64,000 nt of DNA, taken from assembly GCA_010093605.1 (NCBI GenBank), contig MU004182.1, positions 2,527,195-2,591,194 of the forward strand, read 5' to 3'. Below the pieces are notes generated by a model, which did no database searches, had not been told where the DNA came from, and saw only the letters and a program-made list of their open reading frames with translations. The translations under genes were made by a program, and so were the position numbers. Below, one piece after another: positions 11,816 through 23,760 of this stretch; the stretch's first letter is position 1; the number at the start of each line of letters is the position of its first letter. The stretch is from Lophium mytilinum (taxonomy: Eukaryota).

Positions 11816-12996
11816 ATGCCTCACTCCACCAATAGCCCCATCACAGTGCACAAGATTGAACCACCAAAGGGCTCTTCGATTGACTTTGGTGCTGAAGTCA
11901 GGGGAGCTGATCTCGAAAACATTTCTGGTAAGTATTGACTCGCTATGGTTTTAAGGCGTGCAAACTAATGATACCTGCAGATGCCGATTTCGAAGTCATC
12001 CGGAACGCCCTATACGAAAACAGCATCATCATATTCAAGAACCAGCAAGATCTCTCCCCGCGTGCCCAGTTCGAGCTCACTCGGCTCTTCGACCCGGCTT
12101 CCACTGGTTACGGCCATGGCAAGACCCTCGATGCGAAGCGCTCTGTCCTCCACCCTGACTTGAAGACTATCCCTCACCAGCCCGAAGTCCAAGTCATTGG
12201 CAACGGCCCCGTTGCTTCTTTTGAAGGCCTTGAGAACATCACTCTCAAGCACCCGCATCACAACAAGTTCCACAAGGATCCCATCTCCGCCGAAGACGAC
12301 CGCGACAACACCCGCTTCTTCCGCTGGCATATCGATGCCGCACTTTACGATCTCGAGCCGCCCCGTGTCACCTCCCTCATGGCTGTCAAAGTGCCAAAGA
12401 CCGAGCACCAGACTCTGCGCTACGATGATGGCACTGGCGAAGAGCTCCAAGTCCCCCGCGGCAGCACCGCCTTCGTCAGCTCGTTCAAGATGTACGATCT
12501 CCTCTCCGAAGAAGACAAGCAGGTCGCCCGCACGACCAAGGTCCAGTACGCGCCCCACCCCTACATCTGGATGTCACCCGCGAAGTCGCGCTCCGACGGT
12601 CTCGGCATGGTCAGTGATGGCGCTGAGCTCCCTTACTCTGAGCTCCCTCCCATCGAAGAGTCGAAAATCAAGATCCTGCCTATGTGCTGGAAGAACCCAG
12701 TGACTGGCCAGCTTGCGCTCCAAGTCCACCCCAGCGCGGTCGAGAAGCTGCACCTGGCCGACGGCACCGTGATTGACGACCTCAAGGAGGTTCGCGAGAT
12801 CGTGCACCGACTACAGCGGCCGGGTATCGCGCCGGAGCTAGTGTACCCGGTTGACTGGGAAGAGGGGACGATGGCTGTGTTCAATAACCACGGTGTTTTA
12901 CACACTGTCACCGGCAGCTTTACCCCCGAGGAGGTGCGGGTTTTCAGGCAGTGCAATATGGCTGCCACTGAGGCGCCATTGGGACCGGACGCGTAG
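11816..12996 (+). CDS. xanA: Alpha-ketoglutarate-dependent xanthine dioxygenase (TauD family)
   Basis: DFGAEVRGADLE, HPHH, TRFFRWHIDAALY (HxD), GVLHTVTG and RVFRQCN motifs; intron 11928-11980. Confidence 0.85.
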
Positions 12997-14413
12997 AGGA
13001 AGAGCTTCAATCGAGCCCTCCGAGCGTTCTAGCATATTTAAAGCGTGGTGTTTGGCGCAAGTTGGGTCTGAAATTAATACATAGAATATGCAGCTCTCCT
13101 AGCGCATAGAATGTACAAATCATGTTTCAGTAATACTCTTCCCCCTTACAAGTGATTACCTGCCACATCTGCCCGCCAAGAAGTGATATAATTTACGAGT
13201 CCATAGAATACCCAGCCTCGCAAGGAAACGTCAGCAGGTACCTGTCTTCCTCGACATATTGCTCCTGGGCCAAGCTCTCAGTATGTGATTTACCCTGCAG
13301 TAGGCTAGATAATTCCGGTAGTACAAATCATGTTGTGCTCTTCTCAGTTCATGGGCTTGATGCACGTTGCTCCGCTATGTTGTACAGCGAACAAGCTGAG
13401 GATTACTGAATATCAAAGAGCTCTATATATTAACTCATAGTTCGTGACTTCTTCTGCTACTACGTACGGTTATCGTTGAGTGGGCTAGCAATGGATCTCT
13501 ATCCGAGTATCCTCATCGGGACTAGGGTGCGAGGCGGGCTCAGACGTCGTGAGGCTTCCTCCTCCTTTCTCTCTCAGCATCAACCCGAACTGTCAACTTG
13601 TTAGAGCGTCTGTGTTTGAACTAGACGCCGTTTTGGAACTCATAATCTCCGGCCCGCGGTGATGAGCCCAAGTCTTCCAGGCTCTGATCCTTACAGATGG
13701 ATCATGCCAACGCCAACACCGGCAAAGGTTAGATGCAGACCTTACGAATCTATTACGTTGTTTCTCATCTGCCAGAAATAACTGCCCCTCTCTCGCCACA
13801 CAGTTTTCTTTTCTATGATGGTGCCGCCGAGGCTGGTATTTAGTTGATGTTTCACAGCCGCTGAGACGTCACCGGAAGGACCACCCGACATAGTATGTCC
13901 TACTTGTATCTCTCAGAGACTCGTTCTGTGCACTCGAATCATACTCAACCACGTTTTGACCTTGTCAAAAAGCTCATTAGATATATTCAGGCTTGCAATC
14001 GTGAAGACGATGATATGCGAGCAATTGGTAACCTGAATCATCTCGTATCAATACATTGGCACCTCTCCCCCTTAAGGTTTCCAAGCCTGACAGCGCTCCT
14101 GCACGACGACTGCCCTGCCCTGCAATATTGAATGCAGGAGTTCCGTCGCCACCAAGGTCCGTCCCGAAGGCTTGAGCCACGAACCCGGATCATTCGAAGG
14201 TCGATGCCTCCACTTCGAGGTTCAAATGACGTTCTCTCTTCGCGCTCCTCTCGGCGAGCTAACTCTCCTTCTGAACTTTGTTCTGCATTCTTCACTCGCT
14301 TCTTTGGCCTCCCAGTCGTTCATTTCCTTTGGCAGTCCCTTTGAGGCACTGCCTCTAATCTCTTTCGCTCTCCAACCCTGCCGATCTGTGTAAAAGTATT
14401 TCCCTCATTTACC

Positions 14414-16342
14414 ATGCAGATTCCCTCCTTTTCTGCAGTCGCCTTAGCCTTGGGCGTATTGCCTGTACTTCTCTGTGCACATGGAACAGGACAACCGAGA
14501 CTGTATGGAAATACCGATGTAGCTAGCCTGAAAGCGCGAGCGATATATGGAAGTGCGCATACGGTTGTTCATCGAAACGCTGTTAGAGGAAATAGGGATA
14601 GGAGATATATTGAGCGTGATAACACTGATGGCCAATGTGGTGAAGGACTCCCGTCTTGTGCCGCTGGCTATTGCTGTTCGGAAGCTGTACGCGTTCACCT
14701 AATTGCTCCTTTAGGGCAAACACGTTCGCTGATACATCCATAGGGCTGGTGTGGGCAAGGAATCGACTACTGCTATTCTCCTGGTTGCCAGTATCAGTAC
14801 GGACCAGCCTGCCCAGACAATGCCACCCCAGCGGGTGCCGAGACATCGACCATCCCGCGCCCGGCTCTTGGGAGAGTACCATATGGAGGAGTTGGGATAT
14901 ATGAGTGCACTGTAGGTGGTTACGTTTTTGGGAGGGTAGTATACATGCTGATTAGGAACTCTAGACGCCTGGGACCGTAGCCCTTACATTCGATGATGGC
15001 CCATATATCTACACCAGCAAAGTCCTCGACGTCCTAGCTAGCTACGGTGCCAAAGCCACCTTTTTCATAACCGGAAACAACAACGGCAAAGGCGAAATCG
15101 ACATCCCAGCTAATGGCTACATCCCCATCATTCAACGCATGCATGCCGACCAACACCAAATCGCTAGCCACACTTGGACCCATTTGGACCTCTCCGCCAT
15201 CTCGTCGGTCGACCGCAAGAACCAGATGTACAAGAACGAGATGGCCTTGCGCAACATTCTGGGCTTCATCCCAACTTATATGCGCCCGCCGTACTCGAGC
15301 TGCACCTCAGAGTCGAGATGCGAAGCAGACATGAAGGCTCTTGGGTATCACATCATCTACTTTGATGTCGACACGGATGACTACGATCAGGATTCGCCGG
15401 ACAAGATCCAGAACTCGAAGGATTGGTTTATGGGAAACATAACCGCTGGTGATGCGACTGCGGCCGATTCCGAGTGGCTCATTATAGGTCACGACATCCA
15501 CTACCAGACCGCGTATAACTTGACAGACTACATGCTTTCTACGCTGACTTCCCTGGGATACAAGGCCGTGACGGTTGGTGAGTGTCTGGGGGATCCGGCG
15601 GCCAACTGGTATCGTTCTGCTACTACGTCGGGTATTGCTTCATCTACAAGCTCTGCAGTCAAAAGTACCCCCAAGTCGTCAACGAGCTTAAGTACCAAGA
15701 GCACCACCGTGTCATCAGTATCAACACGCAGTTCCTCTAGCACTAGCTCTAAGGTATGTTCACCCTTCCGCTCGATCTCATTAGATACAACGCGCTGACA
15801 TCCCAAGCCCACAACCTTCCTAACCACCACCTCCTCCGCTCCAACGCCCAGCAGCACTCCTCCAGCCAAAGTCTCGACAGACGGCACCTGCGGTGGCACA
15901 AACGGCTTCACCTGCAAGGACTCAGCCTACGGGAACTGCTGTTCCCCGAGCGGCTGGTGGTACGTCACTCCCTGAACACCCAACCCCCAACTATACCTCA
16001 ACTCACACCTCACAGTGGTTCATCAGCCGACTACTGCGGCGCTGGTTGCCAGTCTGCTTTCGGGGTTTGCGTTACCGTGTCCGCGGCACCCGCAGCTTCG
16101 TCGACGGCTGTTTCGACCGAAGGGAGCTGTGGAGGGGTGACGGGACGGACGTGCGAGGGGTCGGCGTTTGGGAATTGCTGTTCCGGGCATGGGTGGTGGT
16201 GAGCCATTTTCTTTCCTATATGTATATGTTGTGTTGCCTATGACGTTGAGCTTGGTGGCTGACGATTGCGTACAGTGGGTCGACGTCGGATTACTGTCTC
16301 GTGAGCAATGGGTGTCAGGAAGATTTTGGGACATGTGAGTAG
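14414..16342 (+). CDS. Secreted chitin deacetylase (CE4) with three CBM18/hevein domains
   Basis: Signal peptide; CE4 motifs TFDDGP, HTWTH, MRPPY, DTDDY and IIGHD; three CG...CCS..GWCG...YC hevein modules. Introns 14687-14743, 14912-14964, 15754-15807 and two more within the GW|C codons. Confidence 0.93.
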
Positions 16343-16601
16343 ATTGAATAACTTGCGTTGATGAGATGGAGGAGGTTTAGTATTGGAGCTGGATGCACTG
16401 GGGCTGTTCACTACTTATGAAAGGATTCTGGATCCAAATCCACCAAAAGTTATTGACCACGGAAGACCTTGAATCTTGTTGCTCCGAACGCTTGACTATG
16501 CCATGATCATACAATAATCGACCTAGGAGGGAATCGTATAGCCTACTCCTAGAATGTTTCCAAAGCTTCGTGCGCTACACACAGCTCTAAACAACTCATG
16601 T

Positions 16602-19600
16602 TCAGATCCCAACCGTGACATCCTGCTCCCACCGCGCTCTCAGCTTCCTAGCATACAGCCCAACAACAGAGTTGAAAAGCTCTTTCATCGACTGACCGGC
16701 GAAAGAAGGCCCAACATCGAATATCTGCGCCAGATGCTCTGGCCGTACCACCGGCTTATCATTCTCTGTGTCCTCAATCTCGTCATCCGTCACTTCGTTG
16801 TCCTTACCCGCACTAGGTACGATGATCTCTCTTTCTTCATCATCGACTTCCATTTCCTCCACTTCCTCTTCCATATCTCCTGCTGTAGCAAGAGACTGAT
16901 CAGGTCTGGCAATTGGGCCGATAAGCGGAATCGACGCGCTCGCCTTCGGGTTGATGATGCGGAGTTCGGCGGCCGAGTCGAGCGTTATGTAGCCGCTGCC
17001 ATTCAGTGTTGGGAGGAGCGCCATCACAACATCCGGGAGGCTTAAATTATGGAGAGGCTTTGGTTTCGAAGGGTCGAAGATGATGATAGTTGACGACGCC
17101 TTGCGGATCTTCGGGGCAGAGATATCAGACTTTTTCAATGGGAGTTCGTCGAATTCAAGGGTTGGGAAAGCAACGGCGAAAGTGCCGTCCTGTGCGTTCA
17201 CCGCGAGGTGGATTAGTGAATTTTGATGGGACTGGCTCAGTTCGATGGAATGGCTGTAGCTTAGCTCATCGTCGACTAGGTCCCAGACAGTGACAGACTC
17301 CGATACCACAACGAGGTGCTGTCCAACAAAGGCCAAGGCAGCGAGCTTCTGGATGTAAAGATTGGGGAGGGACCGGTGCAAAAGCCCTGTTTTGGTGTTT
17401 ATTAGATGGACCAAGCCTGGTGCAGTGTTGAATCCCCAGTCTTGAGTGGCCGCCAGTGCGGAGCCATCGGCGGAATAGGCCAAACAGGCTGCCAGCGGCA
17501 AAGAAGGTGACAGTTGTCTTTTCTTAGTCTCAGGAGGCTGAACTGAACTCTCCAACTCGACAGAGTAAGAGTTTGACCAGGTATACAGGGCATCGAATGT
17601 AGCTGATCGAACCACAGCCCCATCTCGTCGTCTGATTTTTGGTTTCCAGACTCTGACGAAGCTGTCCTCTCCAATGGTTGCAAACCCGACCTCTGTAGGA
17701 TGGGAGACAAGGTCGAAGATTTGGCAGGTCGCCATGTCGTCTAGGAAGCGATGTGGTGTGTCTATCCTCGCCTCTAAAGCCCAGACTCCTGTTCGGTGAT
17801 TCCATAGCCAGAACTTTAGATAAATTTCGCGGCGTGAAGACTGTTCCTGTGCAGCATCTGTGTCGTTTTCTCCGATATGTTCGATATCGGAAGGTGGTGG
17901 AGCCCAATCTTCCACGGTTGCAAGCCACTTACCGTCATGGCTTAGCTGCATAAGCTTAACATCTGGCTCCCGCAGCTTCAACCGGTTCGGTCCTAGATTG
18001 AAGTTGGTCGCATTATTACGTGTGAGTGCCTGACGAGAAACGTGACGAGCGGTAGAGATGTCGAAAGTCTGGAGATACGGTGCAGGAAGCCTTTGATCGT
18101 TCATCTCGCTTCGCGGTTGGGAAGAGGGAATCGGTAATAGAATCTGGTTCGGGTTCAACGGGTTTACAGCCATTGGAACTTTTTCGTAGGCGGCAACTGG
18201 ATTGCTTGAGTTTTGGAGGGTGAAAGGAAGGCTGCCCGTTTGCGACTGCTCCTGGGCTTGATGGAGGACTCTCCTGGATTGAATTCCAGCAATACTGGTC
18301 TTTGGCTTCAGCTCGGTTGTTGATAGGACGATCAGAGAATTATCCGCTAGGCGAACCCCGTATGAGGTGCCGGAAGGCGACACAACCACACTCTCAATCT
18401 CTGAGGTCAGATGGGGCAGGTGCTCTTTCTTCCCCGTGGACAATTGCCATATCACGAGGACTGTCTCTTTGCCGCCGGAGATGAGGTAGTTACCTGTACG
18501 TGTTAGCGAGCGAAGCTACGGCGAGAACATGTTTCATACCATCTACAGACCACTTCAAAGAAGCAACACCCTCTCGGTGCCAATGCAGCCGACGTGGTAC
18601 AATGTTCTCGGGCTTCTCGTTCTTCTTTTCGCTCTTTTTCTCAATCTTTTTAAGCTTCCTTACAATGTCATCATACAACAATATGGCACCATCGACACAA
18701 CCTATAGCAAGATCGAGCGATTCTAGATTCATCCCAGATAGTGCCTTTTGTGGGTCTGCTATTGGTCCAGTCTGGATGTTCAAGCGAGCGTGGAAGGACG
18801 TGACGGCCTGCTGGATCTTGAACGTCCGCCAAACGTACTCGAGCTCTTTCAAATCAGTCGTCGACAGCGGCAAAGCTTTGCCAATCATCATAGAATTTTG
18901 AAGCGCAACGACAATTATGGCTCCTGCCGAGAGAACTTGGAAGGATCGAATTGGCTCGTCTGTTCTTAGTATCTGCTTCAGCTCGTTTTCTGAAGCCTGG
19001 GCGCCAGTCCTGAGAGTTTGCGCGTTGATAACATGGCGATTGCCAGCCTCCTGTGTGAATATGATGTCTTGAGATCCTTTCGCAGGTAGGACTGCGGCAA
19101 TCCCTCGGATTTCCGATTTGATATCCCAACGGCCGAGCCACTTCCCAGTGTCCAGATCCCACGTTGTAATGAGACCTGTCGCGGTGGCGGCATATACCTG
19201 AGTAGGTTTCGATTCAGATATGGCATAGGACGTGATTTCAGATCGTATGACCCTCAGGCTGCGGACGAGTAACGAAGTTTGGGTAGAGTAAATGTGCAAA
19301 TAGCTTCTGGTCGCCAAAACCAGGAATCTAGTATGTGCGTTAGCTTTGGACTGGTGTAACGGCTGAAGGAAAGAGCCCACTTCTCGTCTGGTGAGAACAC
19401 TGAGTCGTGAGGAAGAAACCATCCTCCCACGGCTTCTGATATTGACCACGGTACTTCGACTTTCGTTGATTTCACCTTCTTGTCCTTCCTTTTTCCCTTC
19501 TTCTCCTTCTTTTTGACAACAGGCACTACGGCTGTGGTTTCGACAGCGCCATTCATAGGTACCACTGCCAATTCCGTCTCCTGTTCCACCTTTTTGTCCC

Positions 19601-19697
19601 CATCTTGAACCTTGCTGCGTTTCTTAGGGTGATCGCGGGGTCGCTCCTTCGCAGCCCTCTTGCGCTTCAAATCATTTTTCTCCTGTTCGGCCGACAT
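16602..19697 (-). CDS. UTP17: U3 snoRNP / t-UTP WD40 protein Utp17/Nan1 (WDR75)
   Basis: Lys-rich N-terminus, WSISEAVGG, RRLHWHREGVASLKWS.DGNYLISGGKETVLVIWQL and HLPHLTSEI. Introns at about 19380-19328 and 18538-18494. Confidence 0.9.
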
Positions 19698-19965
19698 CGT
19701 GAAGCTCAAATTAGCTTGCTATCGTCTCATCCAAGAAACCGGGCGTGAAAAGCGGTGTTGAGTAGCTTGGTGGAGCGCCTTCACATCAAAAATTATTCTA
19801 TCCTGCTAGCGTCTTTTTGCGGCGCGCCAAGAAACCAGGGACCGCGGATTTCTTTGACGACGAACCTCAAGAACCTGTCCGTTTTCTATCTACCACGACA
19901 CCACCCCTTGTAGAGCTTCAACCCCATATCCAATCTCTGCACGACTCTTCTCCACTGTAAACAAG

Positions 19966-20365
19966 ATGATCATCCCCGTGCGCTGCTTCTCGTGTGGCAA
20001 GGTGAGTAGCTTTGCGCGTCGCCGCTTTCACTCAGGACCTGACAAAACGACTCTAGGTTATCGGAGACCTCTGGGAGCGCTACCTTGTGTTGATCGAGAA
20101 CGGTACGAATGATGGGTATGCGACATTTGTCCTTCTTTCAGCTTTAGGCCCATACTAACCCCGCATACAGTCAGGCCATGGACTCGCTGGAGCTCAAGCG
20201 CTACTGCTGTCGGCGCATGGTCATGACCCACGTCGACCTGATCGAGAAGCTTCTGAAGTACGTATTTGCTGCATACGAAGTACGGGGTTCGTGTGGGGAC
20301 TGACAACACACAGGTACAACTCCTCGGAACGACAAGTGCAGAAGGAGCAGCGGCGAAAGGCGTAG
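19966..20365 (+). CDS. RPB10: RNA polymerase I/II/III shared subunit RPABC5, 4 exons (absent from the ORF track)
   Basis: Spliced translation [22 protein letters not shown]...|...[29 protein letters not shown]; three canonical introns. Confidence 0.97.
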
Positions 20366-20494
20366 TTGAGCGACTGGAAGTGCTGGGACATTACATATTC
20401 TACGAGAATCACGGCGTTATGGGATGACAAAACTTGCGAATATATCCTGGAGTTGGTGGGGGGGCATTGCGGAGGTGTCCAGAAGGTCTCAAGT

Positions 20495-21235
20495 CTAGAG
20501 GTCTGAATTAGGGCGTCACAACCTTTACATTCACTGTTTTCAATCCTATAACCTCCTGGGGCGTCTTCAACAGTTGTCTACACCCGCAAAAGGTACGCCT
20601 AGATGGTCTCATCTGGCAGGCGGAGTAGATAGACGTAGTGGTCTAAAATAGGGTGTCACAGCCTCTACATTCACCTTTGTTAATCCTCTGACCTTCGGGG
20701 GCGTCTTCAATAGCTATCTACACCTGCAAAATGCACACGTAGATAGCCTGATTCGGCATGCATATGAAGTAGGTATAGGTAACAACATATTATGAACTGA
20801 GGTCTAAATTAGGGTGTTGAAACCTTTACATTTACTTTTTCAAATCTTCTAACCCTCGGGAGCGTCCTAGATAGCTAAGTACCCCAGCAAATTGCACGCC
20901 TACATAGCCTCATCTAGCACGTACGTAAAACAGGTATAGATATTCGTATAGTATAGCTCAAGGTCTGTATCAGGGGGTGACGATCTTTACATTCACTCTT
21001 TCAGATTTTCTAACCTTCGGGGGGTCCTAGGTAGCTATTCCTACCCGCAAACTGCACGCCTACGTAGCCTACTCTAGGACATATATTGAACTAAGTACAC
21101 ATAGGAGTGTAGTATAGCTAGAGGTCTAATCTGGGGCGTTACAACCTTTACATTCACTTTTTCAAATTTGCTAACCTTCGGGGCGTCTTTGATAGCTATC
21201 TACACCCCCAAAACGCACATCTGCATGACCTGAAT
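20495..21235 (+). repeat. Tandem array of 5 diverged ~161-bp units
   Basis: Unit starts (GTCT) at 20501, 20641, 20802, 20963 and 21124, giving spacings of 140, 161, 161 and 161. Shared blocks include GGGCGTTACAACCTTTACATTCAC and GGGGCGTCTT..ATAGCTATCTACACCCGCAAAATGCACGCCTA. Confidence 0.95.
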
Positions 21236-21849
21236 AAGCCTGTCTTGGTAGAAAACTGTGAATGAATACATGTGTGATTGGTAACATAATGGCCTCCCTT
21301 CTTCCTCTTTTACTGCTTTCATTGCTTTTAATGCTTTTACCTACCTTACTAGCTTTCCTTACATTACTTCCATAACTGCTATTAGTGCCATTGGGGCCAT
21401 TAGTAACATTACTCCTTTGACGACCTTCACATAATGCAGTGGGAGTTACTTATTCTAACATTTTGGATTATTCACGGTACGCTGTCTGAGCTATAATTAC
21501 AATCGGAGGCGCCGACGACCCCTCCTTCCCCCCAGATTTCTTCGCCCAGATTGAGGATTCCGGCCCACCTTCCACTAGCCGGAGGTGTGTATGTAGCCGC
21601 GTACTGAGCCCAAAATGGGGCTCTTACTTCCGCAGCTACAGGGACACACCCCCAACTAGTGTGGGGACTACCATCACACCTCGCTCCGGGCTCAGGCCTC
21701 CAAGGGGTCGAAAGGGCCGACGACGCCTCCCCCAAAGATCCGACAGAAAGAAAAACACCCCCAACACCAGTATTATGGACAGAAACCATCAAAACCGCTC
21801 AGACAACCGTGTAAACATAAGGAAAAAGCACCATAAGACCCACGCTCCC

Positions 21850-23760
21850 CTACTGCGCAATGGCAGTTAGTACTGAGAACTGCCCACCCGCACCAGCCCA
21901 GTTCAGAGGCTTTCCCTTAACCGCCGTGTTGTCAATCAAAGTAGCCACCTCGACGTCCTCATCTTTGCCTAGACCCGTCTGATAATTCGCCGAAAAGCCC
22001 CACGAATAGGCCTGTCCGGTGCCATTGATCGCGATTGAGTGGTCAGAGCCGCACGTCGCGGCCACGATGTTGTTGATAGTTGGGACGGCAGTCGGGACGA
22101 TGAGGATCTTCGGGTGACCCGTGGTGTCGTTGAGAATGCTGGACTGAGGTACATCAGCGACAGGCTGTCCAATCTGCTGGCCATCGAGGCGTCCCCAGAC
22201 GAGACATTCGCCCTGATTAGTGACGGCGACGTTGTGATGGGATCCACCGCTGAGGGACACGACGTTGTTGCCGAGGCTGGTAACGAGCTCCGGGGTCTCC
22301 ACAATAGCGTTGTCTTTGCCAGCGCTCTCCGGGATGCCACACTCGCCGAAATTGTTCGCACCGAATGCCCAGACACGTCCGTCCACACCGATGGCAAGGG
22401 AGTGGTACTGTCCGCAGGCAACATCGCGGATGGCCTGGTTACGGCGACCGTCCTTGAAGCTGACATTGGTGGGGGTGAGTCCTGTGATGAGGCCACGTTC
22501 AGTCATGCGGCGGCCGAGCTGGTTCTGCTGTCCACTGCCCCAGGCCTTGACTTTGCCGGTCTTGTCGATGGCCAATGCATGGTTGGCGCCACAAGCAATC
22601 TGGGTAATCTTGCTGAGTTCAGGGATCAAGATAGGACGGTCCTGGACCTGGATAGTCTCGCTGAAGCCAAGGATGCCTTCGTTGCGCTGTAAGATTGTTA
22701 GTGATGATCCTGGTTAAATGTTATCAAGAGAACTTACTCGGAAGGTGCCCCAGCCATAGACCAGGCCGGTGTCGGTCAAGGCGAGCGAGATACTGTCGCC
22801 AGCAGCAATGTCGACGAAGTTGGTGCCCTCGGGAAAGAACTCTGCGCTGATGGGCGCTGGTGTCGATTCGAGGGGATTCAAGCCGTTGTTATCGTCGTCG
22901 TCAGAATCCGAGTCGGAGTCGTCCTTGTTGTCATCGATATCTTTCATGTTGGCGTCATCATCCCAGGTGGTGTCGCGACCGAGAGCGCCCTGGTCGTTGA
23001 CCCCCCAGCTGTAGATCTTGTTGTCGTGGGTAAGAGCAAGGCAGTGCATGCCACCTGTAGCGACCCTTACGACGCCGACAGTGTCTACAGGCAGGAAGGG
23101 GTTGAGACGAGGTCGCTTGACATCAACGCAGTTCTTCGCAGTACCAAGACCGAGCTCAGCATTGCTACCTTCGCCAAAGACGTAGACGTTCAGCTTCTGC
23201 GTAAATCGAGGGCCATTGACGACGGGCTTGGGTTTCGGGGCGGCCTTGGGTTTGGGAGTGGGCTTGGGTTTGGCAACGGCCTTCGGTTTGGCGGCGGCCT
23301 TGGGTTTGGCGTCGGTCTTCTCTTCTGCCTTCTTGGTGCGCTTCGTAGCTGGAGCAGCATCGCTGTCGTCCTCCTGCTTACGCTTGGTGGTAGTCTTCGT
23401 AGGCGCCTCAGCGTCGGCTGCCTTTGGGCGACCCCGCTTCTTCGGAGCTTCTGCGGATGGGATCAGTACGGAATCCATTGTTGCGCGAGGATTGGAGGTG
23501 TATGAAGGAAGTATCGAAGACAGTCTGAGTAGGAGTGGGATAGTGAATGAAGGGAACTTACCGCTAGCGGCCTTGGGATTCACGGCAGCCTTCGCAGCGG
23601 TGCGTTTGGCAGCTGTGTTTGCCTGGGTTCCAGCAGCGGCCTTCTTGGGAGCAGCCTTCTTGGCGGTCTTCGGTTTAGTGACTTTGGCGGACTGAGCAGC
23701 CAGCTCGCGCGCGGGAGTCGGAGCAGGCGTGCGGCCGGAGCGACGCACAGCAGGAGCCAT
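21850..23760 (-). CDS. RCC1: Ran GEF RCC1 (Srm1/Prp20/Pim1)
   Basis: RCC1 repeats (VATGGMHCLAL, SWGVNDQGALGR, IACGANHALAI, AGAGGQFS) and a basic N-terminal tail. Introns 23561-23451 and 22737-22687. Confidence 0.95.

Noticed and set aside
20495..21235. CRISPR-like array or 5S rDNA/tRNA array
   Set aside because: Similarity spans the whole unit with no unique spacers, there are no cas genes in this eukaryotic context, and there is no 5S match or cloverleaf.
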